DNA of 64,000 nucleotides, taken from Dimorphilus gyrociliatus (Eukaryota > Animalia > Annelida). The notes under the pieces were generated by a model. That model saw nothing but the letters and a program-made list of their open reading frames with translations, had not been told where the DNA came from and searched no databases. The stretch lies in NCBI GenBank assembly GCA_904063045.1, contig CAJFCJ010000016.1:186001-250000 (forward strand), given 5' to 3'. This document shows, piece by piece, positions 26,901 to 40,752 of the stretch (its first letter is position 1; each line of letters opens with the position of its first letter). Both the position numbers and the translations under genes were made by a program.

Positions 26901-28245
26901 CCTTGAGTCATTCTACCTAATATTCAATTAAATAGATGAGAGTGATGAAAGGATAGCCTGCTATCTCATCAACAAAGGTTGCGATGTTGACTCCCCTAGG
27001 CGACCAGGTCCTAACGGGGAAGGAGATGAAGAGGCCAGAGATGGACAAAGACCGTTGCATTTGGCAGCTAGCTGGGGATTGCAATTAATAGTTGAAAGAC
27101 TTGTATCATCTGGTAGGGTTGATGTCAATGGAAGAGACTCTGATGGTCGAACGGCTCTACATGTCGCAATAGACAATCAACATGAATCAATCATACAAAT
27201 GCTAATGTCAAATGCTCAAGCTCAATTAAACCTCAGAATCAAAGATAGAAAAGGCATGACACCATTTGCTCTAGCCCTCCTACGGAAGAATGAAAAAGTT
27301 GCTAGAGCAATAGTCAGTCTGGAAAAGGGAGCCGCGGAAGAGAAAGATAATAAGGGAAAAACATTCCTTCACATAGCTGTTGAACAAAATAGCGTTGAAA
27401 CAGTATTATTCTTACTAGCCTTAGGAGTAAACGTCAATAGTAAAGATTCAAATGGCCTCACTCCACTGCATTATGCAGTTATTGCGAACAATGATATGAC
27501 TGTACGTAATTTGATTTTAGCAGGGACTGATATCAATGAAAAAACTCCTCAAAAGCGAACTGCTTTACACATTGCAGCCAAACATGATAGAGCATCAATT
27601 GCTTCAATACTACTGGACAATAAAATCGATTTTGATGCTGTTGATGACAGTCAAGCGAATGCCCTTCACTTGGCTGTCCAAGAGGGTCATGTTGACACTG
27701 TTAGAATATTATTAACTCAATCAACAATAAATGCGGAAGCGGTTAACATGAAAGGACAGAATCCCATGCATGTTCTCTGTTCCGCTTCTCCAGAAAGAGC
27801 CCCAGCTATTTTTGAAATATTTATCGAAAGCATGCCACATTATCCTATTGACAAACAGGATGCCAACGGTAGTACTCCGCTGTTACTTGCCTATATTAAT
27901 GCCCATGGTCAACTTGCTAGATCCCTAGTAAGAGCTCACGCTCTTCTAGGGACCGCGAATAAAGATGGACTCTCAATTTTTAATGCACCTGTTGCTTCGA
28001 AATCGTTACTAAACAAATTATTAGATATGATATCGAAAGAGCCTGCATGGACAGAGGGAGATAGTTGCTTGGAATGTGGAGTTAAATTCGGGATTGCCAC
28101 AAGAAAGCATCATTGCCGCCATTGTGGTCGTCTGGTCTGTTCGAAATGTTCACCAAATGATATGCCAATTATTAAGTTCAATTTACACAAACCAGTTCGA
28201 GTTTGTCAAATTTGTTTCGACGTTCTTAATGGTTCTGTTTTGTAA
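23922..28245 (+). CDS. ANKFY1: Rabankyrin-5 (coiled coil, BTB, ankyrin repeats, FYVE)
   Basis: EVEKVRKHLELLRTEYVQLQQKL, BTB AHKFVLAAR, many TPLH ankyrin repeats, and FYVE motif RKHHCRHCGRLVCSKC. The mini first exon ATGGATGATG|gtgggt (23922-23931) is tentative. Confidence 0.95.
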
Positions 28246-28424
28246 AATAATCCAAATCTTTTACACTATAAGAATAATAATTACCTAAGTATACTCTCAG
28301 TTAATTTTCGAGAATTATGCGGTAGATACATCTGATAGGTGTATATATGCTGCATGATATTGCTTATGTTATTTTATTTATTAAGTCTATTAAAGCTTTA
28401 ACATTTAATAAAGTATCTATAGAT

Positions 28425-29927
28425 TTATGAATTTTCAATTTTTAAATGAATCCAATCGACGAATAGCGGGACGCTAGTCATCCATGAACCATAGTAAGCT
28501 CGATAGCCGCAATCATTAAGTGTACCAGAAACAACTCCCAAAAGTACATAACTATCGCTCTTACGGTCGAATGAAACAAGCGGTCCTCCTGAATCCCCAC
28601 TACAAATCGATTTTCCTATCCCTCCCCCAACACAAATCGAATGTTCCATATTGTAATAGATACTGTTCAATCGAAATCGTCGAGAACTTCCCACTACGCA
28701 TTTTCTGGTTGGTTCGACTATTAAATGGACGTGACGAACTATATCAGAAGTTTCTTCCTCTCCTATTAGAATTTGCAACATAATTATATAGATATATGCT
28801 TTTAGCCTACTAACCTAAATTATGAATTCCCCAGCCGGCTGCCTGACATGATGTACCAATAGGCACTTCTTGTCCTGATATTGGCAAACAGATATAATTA
28901 ATGGTTGGGCCAATTTCAACAGACTTTTCCAACTTAATAAGCGCTAGATCTCGTGTGGGATGCATAATAATCTTTAAAGGATTCATATAAATAACCTTCT
29001 CCTTACTCGAAGAGAAGCTATGCTCGCCAATTATAACTTTCCAATATTTCGGTAATTCAGCATTTTTAAAACAATGAGCTGCTGTCAAAACCCACCTATC
29101 ACTAATAAGGCTTCCCCCGCATGAATGATAACTATTGTAATAGCCACAACGCTTAATGACTTCATTTGTAAAGTCTGAATGATTGGTCATTTCCGATTTC
29201 ACATTAAGCTTCTCCAAACAAGTTTCGTTTACACTAAACACTATTTCTGGATATTAATTAAAAATTAATTGATAAATAAAACCTAATTAGATGTCAATAA
29301 AGAATTCTTCGTATTAATTACTATGTAAGCTAACTAGCCAAGGCCATTCGTTAAGTCTCGATTCTTTACCCCCAGATGATATTCTTTTGGATATAGTTCT
29401 CTTATTCTGGTAACGATTTCGGCCGCAGTTTTTGTCATTAAAAGTCCATTTTCTTCCCTTTTCTTGAGAGTTTTTCTTAAAATATATATTTTTAAATATA
29501 TTTAACTTTCAAAGTACCTTTTCGTTCTATTTTATCTTCTACTTTAGCATCACTTTCTTGTCTTTCCTTGCCTTTAATTTAGCAAATTTAATAGAAAGAT
29601 TAAATTAGATTAAACAAAGAGTTTTACTCCCGTTGGAATTTAAATTTATGTCATTTTCATATCCTGAAATTTTATAAATGGATTTTGAATAACACTAGTT
29701 AAATATGCAAACAAGCCTTACCTGAACGATTAAGAGCTACTCTCACTGAAGGATCTACATAGTCAGTACTAAATTAACTTTTATTGTTCATTTCTCAATT
29801 GGAAAAAATGGAACGTTCGTTAGTTAGCTTTCGTACCTTCATTCTGAAGAGTTTTTTCGAACGCTCCTGCTTTAAGATAATTGGACAAAATGGAAAGAAT
29901 TAGGAAGATAGTATAATGACAATTCAT
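28425..29927 (-). CDS. Secreted S1 (chymotrypsin-fold) serine protease with prodomain
   Basis: Signal-peptide exon MNCHYTIFLILSILSNYLKAG from 29927. The triad is intact: WVLTAAHC, DLALIKL, GDSGGP. Confidence 0.9.
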
Positions 29928-30324
29928 TATTTAATTCTCTTATTCCGAGAAAAATCTCTCCGTGACTTAAATTATAAATAATAATACAAATTGTTGGACA
30001 ACATAATACTTATATATACTATTTTTGTATGCATCATATTGAAGGTTTTAAGAACACGTGTTCTTATTTATGATTATTGTTATAATTTACATAAATTCCT
30101 GTAAAGTTTTTTTGTTTTAGAAAAAAGTTCGAAAATTATCATAAATTTTAAAGATTAGCTTGATATTTAACGTTTTTCGAACATAAATTACAAAACTTTG
30201 AAAATTGGAAAACCGGAAATGCGACAGTGCGGCTTTCGCATAATGTTACTGTCTGGGAAAAAACTCTTAAATTATCTTTTTATTTAATTTAGATCTTTAA
30301 ATATTTTTTCTTTGATGAACAACA

Positions 30325-33300
30325 TCAATGTATATAGGAATCATACAAGTAATTAGAGCAGTCTAAGGGTAAATTGCCATCGATGAATGATGATAAAAGG
30401 CAATCGCTAGACTTAAAGTGTCTCAAATCACTTTTTGTACAGTTTTCTAAGAATCGTCTTAAGGGAAGAACGTGAGTGGTGGGAGAAGTCCACGTTGTAT
30501 GGAAATCTTCCAGAATGTAATGTGCCCTGTCAGGATTTGGCAGAATTTCCTCCTTCTTTTTGTTAAACATCCGTCCTTCTGTGTATTCCAGGAAAAACAG
30601 AAACATTATAACTAATAACAATTAATCATTCGCCAACTGTTGTCAACAGTAAAAGGAAAGCAGTTAACGTAATTACATTCTAACTTTATCTATGATTGAT
30701 ACAGCTGATAATGGTAAACATTTACAATGATTGTTCATTGTCTCCGTTATTTAAAACTATTATAATACTTACTTGTCGGCAATTTTTTATAATAATAGAA
30801 TTGAGGATGGAGAAAGTTGCTATGATGAGCTTCTTCCAAGACACCAGTTGCTCTATCTATCCTGAGAACGTCATTTCCCGGTTTCGAGAAAGTCTTTCCA
30901 TAGTTCAGCATAAGAACAAGTACATCTTTGACTTTGTGACCGGTAAGACTCTCGAAATTATGTAAATTAGCCAATTGAAAATCTTTATAATATTCGAAAG
31001 ATTCTTTCTCCCTATTGAAATATTAATATATTTTATTAATTTAAAAAATTTAATTAAGAAACAAACGAGAAATAAAAAAAAAATAAATTGACTATTCGCT
31101 TACAAAGACTTCTTTGAATTACCTTCTAAAAGCTATGACATCACCAAGAACACCGTGCATTTGATACAGTGAACTAACTTCATTAATCCTCTTCAGAATT
31201 ACATTAACTAATTCAGTAAGCTTATGAATTGTAGACGGCCATGGAATTCGATGCTTAGTCCATTCTAAGGTTTGATAGAACGTTTGTACTGAAAAGAAGA
31301 CGTACGTAAGGTAGAACAGGAAATAAAATAACGGGTCGTTAGCATAATGCCAAATAATCTTATAGGTTTCAATTCCCTTATTAATACTTACTCATATATC
31401 TAAAGCCGTGGATAAAGCCACCAGAGGACTTTCTGTAGTCGAGTGAGTGAGCCGAAGTACCAATAAAATATAAATCTTCAATGTTAGTTGATTGAAAATT
31501 ATAATCTATTTCTGGATATTTTTTTTGTTGATGACGTTTGGGTTTTGTATCGCTATGCGAAAAAATAATAAGATATACTGCTGATTAAATATGGTACAAA
31601 ATGAGTAAATATCTTAAAGGGAAGAGAGAGAAAATCTATAATTTTTCATCATTATATTAACTAATATAGCAATTTAGAGATAGATATGTGAATTTTATGA
31701 TAGATTTTATTATCTTATATAGTTTATTCCACCTCTATAGAAAAACCTTTTCTATTATGTATTATTATGTTTACATAGTACAATTTATTAAGTGTTTATC
31801 ATGTATAAAAGAGCCGAAGTTTAACTAAAATGCTGACTACAAAATTTAATTAGGTTTGTGTTACTTATACCTGTTTCCGATAAGTAATGAATTCTGCTAA
31901 CACTATTCGTCTTAAAAGAAAACAGTGTAATCTTGAAAGTGAGTTAACATCCGTGAAACGGAAATGCAATAGGAAGGATGATGTTTATTAATAGGATATT
32001 GAATAAGCTGTATATGCGGGTAGCTGTTTGCCTGCTTTCTTTTCTGTCTCATTTTTACTACAGAAAACAGAGATGGAAAATTGGACGGATGGAAAATAAA
32101 GAGATGGGTAAATACAATTATTTACCTAAATATTATTAGCACTTTTTTTCTAAAGTAAAATTATACCAAACTTACAATTTAAACTGGGATAACTCGTTTT
32201 TTATATAAGAGATAATAGCACTTATACTTACGATGCGAAAATGCTGTCATTAAATTCAAAACCCAAACATCTTATCACAATGTCATAACCCTCCCTTAAG
32301 GCAAAATTGTCCATACTGTCAGGCAAATTTCCAGCGTCGAAATATAACTTGTTGTTATATTTTTCTAGATTGAATTCGTTAATTCGACCTTCTAGTATTC
32401 CGTCGAGAGATTTTAATTGATACGTATCAATTAGTTCACTATAGACGCTTCTGGATAATTAAGATGATAATATTTTAATGATTTAATGAGATATATACAA
32501 TATATATATATGCTGTATACTATATGTATTGTATAAAGTGTAATTTTTTTGTCACAAACCTCAAATCTCCTACGTAATGGGTTTCCCATGCTAATCTAAC
32601 TCTGCTTCTACCAAGTATATGAACTTTATTTGTGTTTCTGTATATTGCGTTCGCTGTTTCAAAGGCGGAGTTTCCGTGACCTGAAAAGAATAGATAATAC
32701 CCTTTAAAAGTGCATAAATAAAAATACCAAACAACTTCCATAATGTAACCAAATCTAGAGGGATTTTTATATTAATAACAAACCTAAGATTAAGACGTCC
32801 TTTCCTTTATAAAAATCCTCTCCCAGTGGTATTTCTTCGTATCCCAACATGTGTTGAGAACCCTTAAAGTATCCACGAATAATAAACTGAGTGTGAAGAG
32901 GAACTTCCGGTCCCTCCTACTAAGCCGTCTATTTTTGGTAAATAATTACTTTTCCCTTTCTTTTTTCTTTCCTATCTTTTTTGTATTTTTATTTACAACT
33001 TCAGAATGTTCTCCCTTTCCCTCGTTTCTCTCTAGCCCTATCTTTCTTTCTTAGAAATTTTAGTTTTTAACGAAACAAATGACAATTTATTTCGAGGATA
33101 CTTTAAAATCAGGTAATATAGGTTTATTCATTCCTGTTGCTATAATGAGCTGGTTACATTTGTATACTTGATCGTTAATACTAAGATGAAAGTGGTCCTG
33201 TATCTTACTAATATTACTCACTTCTTTACCAAAGAGGATATTTAGTTTATAGTTTTTCGAGAATTCGTTTAGATAACTTCTCATTTGATCCTTATATGGG

Positions 33301-33638
33301 AAAAAATCATTTGAAAATTGATAAAAAGGCAGAAAATCGTCGGACAGTAATGAATTCCAATCATGTCTTAAATTAAATTCTTTGTTTGTCCTTCCAGTAT
33401 ATTTTTTATTGATCGAAATTAGTCGATCATGTCGAGGGAACGTACGAAAAAAACTTCCAGCTTCTAAATTTCTCTCAAAAATTACGTAATCCCTACTATT
33501 CTTTTCCAATAGATAGCCCATTTGTAAGCCAGCAGGTCCTGCTCCAATGATAATGTAATCCCAAAATAATTTGATTTCATTCGACTTACAACTATCAACC
33601 AAGTAGAGAAAGAGGAGAGCAAAGCGAAAAAATTGCAT
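30325..33638 (-). CDS. FOXRED2: FAD-dependent oxidoreductase domain-containing protein 2
   Basis: Signal peptide, IIGAGPAGLQMGY, EFNLRHDWNSLLS, GNSAFETA, THYVGDLR, DYRKSSGGFIHGFRY, SNFLHP, HVLPLRRFLENC. Confidence 0.95.
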
Positions 33639-34414
33639 ATTCGGCGGGGATACGGCGCTGAGTGACGGTCGAGCGTCGCTTTATAAATCAATAGGCCTAA
33701 TGCGTTTGCCTATTACTCATGCAAATAAATTATTCGCTATCGTTTAGACACAGTGAGCTAAATATTAAATTCTTTAGATTTTATATACTATTTACAGTAC
33801 CGTACACTTTCAATAATAATGACAATTTAAGTTTGAAATGACAGTAATAATAGTAATAACAGTAATAACTGTTTAGATAATAATTAATAAATTACTCCAT
33901 CTTTCTCTCCCTCCCTCTCTCTCTCTCGTTCTCTCTCTGTTAATAAATAATATTATTATTTTGTCTCCTTCCTGTTTTTGTTCTTTTTTTTAAGCGGAAG
34001 AATGAGTACTCTAGATGCATTTATAAGAACATTAGATTTTGCAGGATTGTAAGTTCTTTTTTCCGTTACGTTAGAGAAAATAGTAAATAACTTGACAGTC
34101 TAATTTTAGACGAAACAAGTGTTTAGTTCTCGGTGACTCTGTTTTCGAGTACCGCGAATGTGACGTCATACAAACTGATTTACAGCTGGTATTTGCATAT
34201 TGTAGCATGAATAAAGTGACATAATCTATTGTAACGGTTATATGACTGTATTAGTCTTTTTGTTACCCCTCTTAAGTAAATAATAAAGATATAATAAAGT
34301 TTGGTTTATATATTAATTCGCTTTTATACCAAACTCCCACGCACAAAAATAGTGCTGGCGTTTGTACGCAGTAAGGAGAATTCGTAAAAGCGCCGCGAAA
34401 ATATTCCTAAATTT

Positions 34415-34437
34415 GTCATGTGACATTAGTCACGTGA
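34415..34437. promoter_or_regulatory. Tandem CLEAR-like E-boxes upstream of RNASEK
   Basis: GTCATGTGAC at 34415-34424 and GTCACGTGA at 34429-34437, about 95 bp before the ATG. Confidence 0.55.
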
Positions 34438-34529
34438 AGTTATTTTCGTAACTCTAACATCTGATATTGTTGAACGTTTTCTTCCGTTTTTGGATAAAAT
34501 AAATTGTAATCGTAGGAGAATAGTTGAAC

Positions 34530-34898
34530 ATGGGCTGTTGTGGACCAAAGCTCTCCGTTTGTGGATTGATATTAGGCGTTTGGGGAACAATTATGCTGGT
34601 AATATTGTTTTAAACCTTCGATTCGCTTTAAACCTTTTTATTCGTAAATATATCACAGACTTTGATGGGTATATTCTTCCAAGTTCAGAGCCCCGCTCTA
34701 GTTGAAGATCTTCCAATAAATGAGGATTTATTCGACAATGCTAAATCTGATGGTGAACGAGCAAAACATTTAGACGGATTATATCAACAAGCATCGTACA
34801 ACTGCTTTATATCAGCTGGAATGTATCTTGGTGTCTTAGTCTTTTCATTTATAATGTTTAAATTAAACGAAAGAAAATCAGGATATTCTTCAGCATAA
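34530..34898 (+). CDS. RNASEK: Ribonuclease kappa / V-ATPase subunit f
   Basis: MGCCGPKLSVCGLILGVWGTIML|TLMGIFFQVQSPALVEDLP...YQQASYNCFISAGMY, two TM helices, one intron. Confidence 0.93.
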
Positions 34899-35485
34899 GT
34901 ACTAGCCCTTTTCTTGCAGTAACTTCACAGTTATTAATCAAGAAATTATAATATTTCTAAACCGATATAGAAAAAATAGTAAAAATGTTCAATGAGTTTT
35001 AAATTATAAACTATTGTGAATTCCAATTTCTATTTCTATTTTGTATTATTAATTGTTATCTTATAAAAGTCTTTCGGATGATATGATATACAATTAAAAT
35101 GAAGAATCGTGTTCGTGCCTTGTACATGAAAATAGTATGATATGTTTGAAAAGCAACTGTGAAATTCTGCAAACACTCTGATTATTATTATTATTATCGT
35201 AATTATACAGTTACAAAATATATTTTAAAAAGTATGGTTAATATACAAATAACAGATCAATTTTAATATTTAAATTCTATATTTGAAGTAACATTGTTCT
35301 AACTCTTTCAGCTTTGCTTCTATTGTCTAGAGAGTTCTTTGATTTAGTTTATTATTTATATATCTTGAATTGTCTAATTCAATGATAAAAAAGTTCAGAT
35401 CTATTTTATTTACCAGTTTTTACCAATGAGGACTTGTTGCTTCTATTCCAATTTCTTTTTATAGCATTTTTCGTCTTTCGACGAT

Positions 35486-36039
35486 ATGAGTTCGGCCAAC
35501 AGTTTATTATCAGAGAACGTCTTATGTAGGTTAGCATTTATGGATATTTTTTAGTTTAATATAAATTTTGAAGGCATTAAATTTATCATTTTAACACAAC
35601 TCCACTTTTTATCGCTCAGAGTCAGTTCAGTCCTAAATAACGATACAAAACAATTTGGTAAGAAGTATTTGTTCGATAAGAACAACGAAACTTGTTGGAA
35701 TTCCGATCAAGGTTCTCCCCAATGGATATTATTACAATTTCCTTCAAACTCTCTCATCAGCGCAATTAGTTTTCAATTCCAAGGAGGGTTTACTTCAAAG
35801 GACGTTGTAATTGTAGGAGACGATGAACAATTAGATGTCATCCATCCTGAAGATAGTAACTCTGTTCAGGTACAGATTTTTCAGAAAAAGAGTGTAATAT
35901 ATTAATGAAAACTTTTTGATTTTAGCATTTTCCTTTAACGAGTGAGAAGAGAATACAAAAGTTAAAATTAATCTTTCAAGAAAGTACTGATTTTTTTGGT
36001 AGAATAACAATTTATTCTCTTGATATTTTTGGGGAATAA
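35486..36039 (+). CDS. NR2C2AP: Nuclear receptor 2C2-associated protein (TRA16)
   Basis: RVSSVLN...QFGKKYLFD...ETCWNSDQG...QFQGGF...HPEDSNS...STDFFGRITIY, three exons. Confidence 0.93.
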
Positions 36040-36171
36040 ATCTTTATAATTGTTATTTAAAAACTGATATATTAACATTTCTTCAACTGAGACTTTGTGA
36101 ACAAAACTAATTTAAGCAAGTTTTGGTTTATTCTTCCAGAACAAATAACGTACAATTATGTCATACGATTC

Positions 36172-37600
36172 CTATTCAGCAAAAATATGCTTTGCAACAA
36201 TCAACTTCATAATTTCGTTTGTTCCTAAAAAGAAGAAAAGAATATTTCGTTAAAATTGTATATATTATTATACTAATATTAATGCATCAACATATAGGAA
36301 TTCATTTTACCTTCGATTATTTGATGGGCACGACAATCTCTGAAATATTGCTGAATTGGATAATCTTTTAGGTAACCATATCCGCCAAACATTTGTAAAC
36401 TTTCATTACATATTCTTGAACATTCATCAGTAACGAGTTGTTTGGTCATGGCACAAAGTGAAACAAGGTTAGCATCTTTCTCATCCATAGATTTTGCAGC
36501 GTTTCTTACCATTAATCTGCAAGCTACTAACGATCCAGCTAATTCAGCTAACTTAAATTGTAAATGCTGCATATCCTTCAAAAGAGTACCAAATTGAGAC
36601 CTAATTTTAAGGTAATCTCTGGTTGCGTATAAAGCTGAAGTAGCTGCTCCCAAAGAACAAGAGGCGATGTTCAACCGACCACCATTTATACCATTCATTG
36701 CAATATTGAATCCTTGCCCTTCTCTACCTAATAAATTTTTAGCAGGAACTTTACAATCTTCCAAAATCACTTGACGAGCTGGATGAGTGTTCCACCCCAG
36801 TTTTTTCTCTTTCTTTCCAAAGCTGATACCCGTCATATCTTTTTCTATAATAAAGCAGCTAATACCTTTAGGTCCCTTTTCTCCTGTTCTAGACATAACT
36901 AAATACACATTGGATTCTCCGGCACCACTAATAAATGATTTTGTTCCGTTTAACAAATAGTAGTCTCCCTTTTTTGTGGCACTTGTTTCCAAATTAGCAG
37001 CATCGCTACCGTGTCCTGGTTCAGTTAGGCAATAAGAACCGAAGTCTTCCATTGTTGCTAATTTGGGTAAATATTGGGATCGTTGTTCGTTGTTACCGAA
37101 GGTGTCGATCATCCAGGCTACCATATTGTGAATTGATATATAAGCTGTGGTACTGCAACATCCCATAGCAAGAGATTCGAAAATTATAGATGCATCTGTC
37201 CTATTGAGACCAGTTCCACCATACTCAGGATCGCAATAGATGGCTCCAAAACCTAATTTTGCACTGTTTCTCAGTGTTTCCACTGGAAATTCTTCATTTG
37301 CATCCCACCTCTCCATGTTTGGTGCCAACTCGGCGGTAGCAAAGTCATGAGCCAATTGTTGAAAATGTTTCTGTTCATCATTCAATCCAGTTGAAGCTGT
37401 TATATAATGTTCGTTATAATATCGCTCAATGGGATATCGTTTTAGACAGAGTATTAAACTACATAGCAATACTTTTCAACAATTTAATACTTACGGTCAA
37501 TATGAACAGCCGAAGTAATGTTTCGGAATCCTTTGACAAAGGATTGATTCCGAAGCAAACTACTAGATCTACCGAGGGCGACTAAAGCGCGAGTTGCCAT
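36172..37600 (-). CDS. ACAD8: Isobutyryl-CoA dehydrogenase, mitochondrial
   Basis: Presequence exon [13 protein letters not shown]..., [45 protein letters not shown], terminal exon [17 protein letters not shown]. Confidence 0.95.
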
Positions 37601-37827
37601 GACCTTAACAGATGTCACTAGTGAATAATTTTACTTCACATTTTTTAGGCTTATGAGATAATTGAGTAGACCAACAAAAAGCATTGACATTACTGGAAAA
37701 GTTCAGTTTTATTCAAATTAAGTTAAATGAAAGTTTCATCTAATCTTTAATAATACTATAAAACCTGAGAAATAGTAATTTACTTTAAAAAAGAACAAAA
37801 ACAATATAAAATAAACTTTCTGTTATT

Positions 37828-39308
37828 TCAAAGATTTTTATGTAAGTATTCCAATAGATCACCCATCATTCTAAGGCCTTCATCGGTTTTTAATGGTTCC
37901 GCAATATAGTTTAGAATAGCGTGGAAACCATGTTCGTAATTTTTCCAAATTGTATCAACTCCGGCATTGCGTAATCTTGCTGCGTAAATTAAGCCGTCAT
38001 CCCTTATACAGTCGTACTGGGCAGTAGGAATGTAGGCAGGTGGTAAACCAGTTAAATTCTTTTCCATAAGTGGCATAAAATAAGGATCAAGATAGAATTT
38101 TTTCATAGCATCAACAATTTTTGGAATAGGATCCTTGAACACTGACGGTTTATAATTAGGCCTTAAATATTGCGGTAATAGTTCATAGTCTATTAAGTGA
38201 TAATACAGATCATGTATTTCCTTCGTCACATGCCTATTTTTAGCAACGTCCGGGACAAAATCTATATTTTGGCCACTATATAGTATGATTGCTGCCGCTA
38301 GACCTTCTCGGTCGCCATAGGCTACTCCAGAAAACTTCCGATAAGAATATGTATCTAAATCAAGCGCTTGTAAAACAGGATAAATTAAAACCTGTAGCTT
38401 TGGCTTATATTTATTTCCCTCGTCTCTAAGCTTGAGAGTCGCAGCCGCAGCTAAATTTCCACCAGCCGAATCTCCAACTATGGCCATTCTTTCTTTGTCA
38501 ACACCGAATTCCTCGGCTCTTTCATAAAAGTATTTATATGCTTCCAGGCAATCTTCCAGAGGTATTGGATATGCGAATTCTGGTGCACGACGATATTCTA
38601 CTGATACAACCACTAAATTTTGAATATTTTTGGCGAAGGTTCTCGCGACTACGTCATGAGAGTCAACACTTCCGAGCATCCAAGCACCACCGTGAATAAA
38701 AAACAAACCGGGTCCCAAAACTGTCGTTTCTTTATTAACTTGAGTATACACACGAACGATTACATCTCCGAACTTTGTGTCATTGACCTGTTATAGATAT
38801 TTAAATATAGGCACTCAAAAAAAACTCGAACTATGTCAAAAATGAAGTCACACGTGTCTAAGAGTACAAAAATATGATATCGTTCGTTGTATAAGTAAAA
38901 AATTTGTCCCAATTAAAGATCACGTGGATTAGTGTAAATTCCCTAACTGAATTACTTACTCGTAAACCAGTATAGTCTATTCCTTGTAAAGTTACAAGAG
39001 CATCTGTTATAGTTCTTGCTGTTAAATGTGGTGGACATATTCCTAAATTGTACAAAAGCCGAGCCTGTTTAGAAGAATAAAATTTGCAAATATAACTGTA
39101 ATTTAATGCTATTGCATGTAAATTTATTTACCAAACTTTCAATGTTCTCTAATAGCCTAATAACAAATCTGGCGTGATGAGGGCTTGTAATATCAGATGG
39201 TAACGGTTTGTAGAATAACACAGCAGTTATTATAGCGATTAAAGAGGCAACTATAAGCCATTTTCTCACAAACTTCCTTGTTGATTTTCGATTATTTTCT
39301 CTTACCAT
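37828..39308 (-). CDS. Membrane-anchored HSL-family esterase, AADAC/NCEH1-like
   Basis: N-terminal signal anchor, HGGAW oxyanion motif, GDSAGG Ser, and catalytic Asp/His regions YDCIRDDG and HGFH. Confidence 0.92.
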
Positions 39309-40752
39309 AGTTGATATCTTTGTCAGACTACGAACACAATCAGAATAAGAACTCAGATATACAAATACAGAGGCTACAGGTCAAAAATTCGTGAACTTTG
39401 TTTAGCCATGATGTAATCATTCAAGTACAAGTCTGATTTATTAAAAACAAAAATTGATAATCTTATGCACGTTTCATAATTATATATATATATGTTCCCC
39501 TAAGATATCAGTAATACTGTATAGCATTATGATGACCTCCAGATAAATAAGTAAAGCATGTATATATTATAATATATATATATATATATATATTCAAGCA
39601 TATATTTAATATTTTACTAACCAATCGTTTGTGCCACTGACTTTTTTACTTTATCGTTTATTAGACTATACTTTTAAAGCTATCCTAGAATAGAATATAC
39701 AATATCAACAATTTATTATAGATATTTCTCAATAGTCAGCCTTTTATAACTATTAGAAAAAAGTTAATCAGTTTTAAAAATCTTCTATTGAAAAACTTCG
39801 TTTTTATTGTTTGTCAATGAATTTTATCTTTTTAAAAATCCGTTTATATAATAATGGTAGTGATAGATTCTATAAAGTGGCCATAAAATTGTCTAACAAA
39901 ATTAAACGATCATAGAAATAATGCATCGTTTCCAATAGAATTAAAGTATATTATTATCTACATTGCAAAAATTATAAGATAAGGTGTGGCTCCACCAAAA
40001 TAATTTGTTACTTACCTTCAATCATTTCACACTTTAGTTTTTTATTAATGTAGATTTAATTCATGAGTATTTCTTTATGCTATATCTGACATTCTCTCTG
40101 TTTAGATTCTCAAACTCAGACTGTTTTGATAGAAATGGCTCGGAACATGATACCCGCCCAAAATCGTACGATCCGGAAATCCTGATCATTTAAAAGCATT
40201 AAGCCTATAGGGGGCAGGATCCACATTACTTCGTCATGTTCAATAAGTTAGGAAAGAAAATGTTATATTCGTGAATAAAATCTTACGTCATATTTAATTA
40301 TACAGTTCTAAATATACGTATTATGTAATTATTGATCATCGGCTCTAGAGTTAAAAACTTATCTCTCTATTTGAAATAGTACAGCATATTTCTGGGAATT
40401 TTTTAAAAAATATAGAACACGTGATTCTTATTAACAGTGACATTCATATTTATCATTATAGGTAAACAAGTAATAAACAAAAATATTTTTTTAAGCGATA
40501 TCTTTTTGAATAAATCACCTTTTCTAATTATAAAATATATGAATATTTAAAAAATTTTTATCTTTTAAAAGAGTCACTTTAGTAATAAAGTTAACTTTTA
40601 ATTGGGATATTTATGATTACTAGTAGTTTGTATGTAAATTAAAGCGAACGTTATCGATGAAAAGTCGTTCCATTTTCACATACGATGTCCTGCTGAGAAA
40701 ACAACCTAATCGCTTGACTTCTGTAAAACAAGTTAATTGGCATTAAACTGCA

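Noticed and set aside
26474-27176. Antisense ORFs over ANKFY1 (also those over GLUT, PTRH2, FOXRED2 and HPSE)
   Set aside because: They are shadows of real exons on the opposite strand, with no motifs or splice support.
33093-33101. FOXRED2 intron 1 donor GTATCCTCG, resembling a U12-type 5' splice site
   Set aside because: It deviates from RTATCCTTT, and there is no TCCTTAAC-like branch point near the acceptor at about 32864.
35075-35181. Possible C/D box snoRNA between RNASEK and NR2C2AP (ATGATA...CTGA)
   Set aside because: Box C is imperfect, there is no terminal stem, and such motifs are common in AT-rich DNA.
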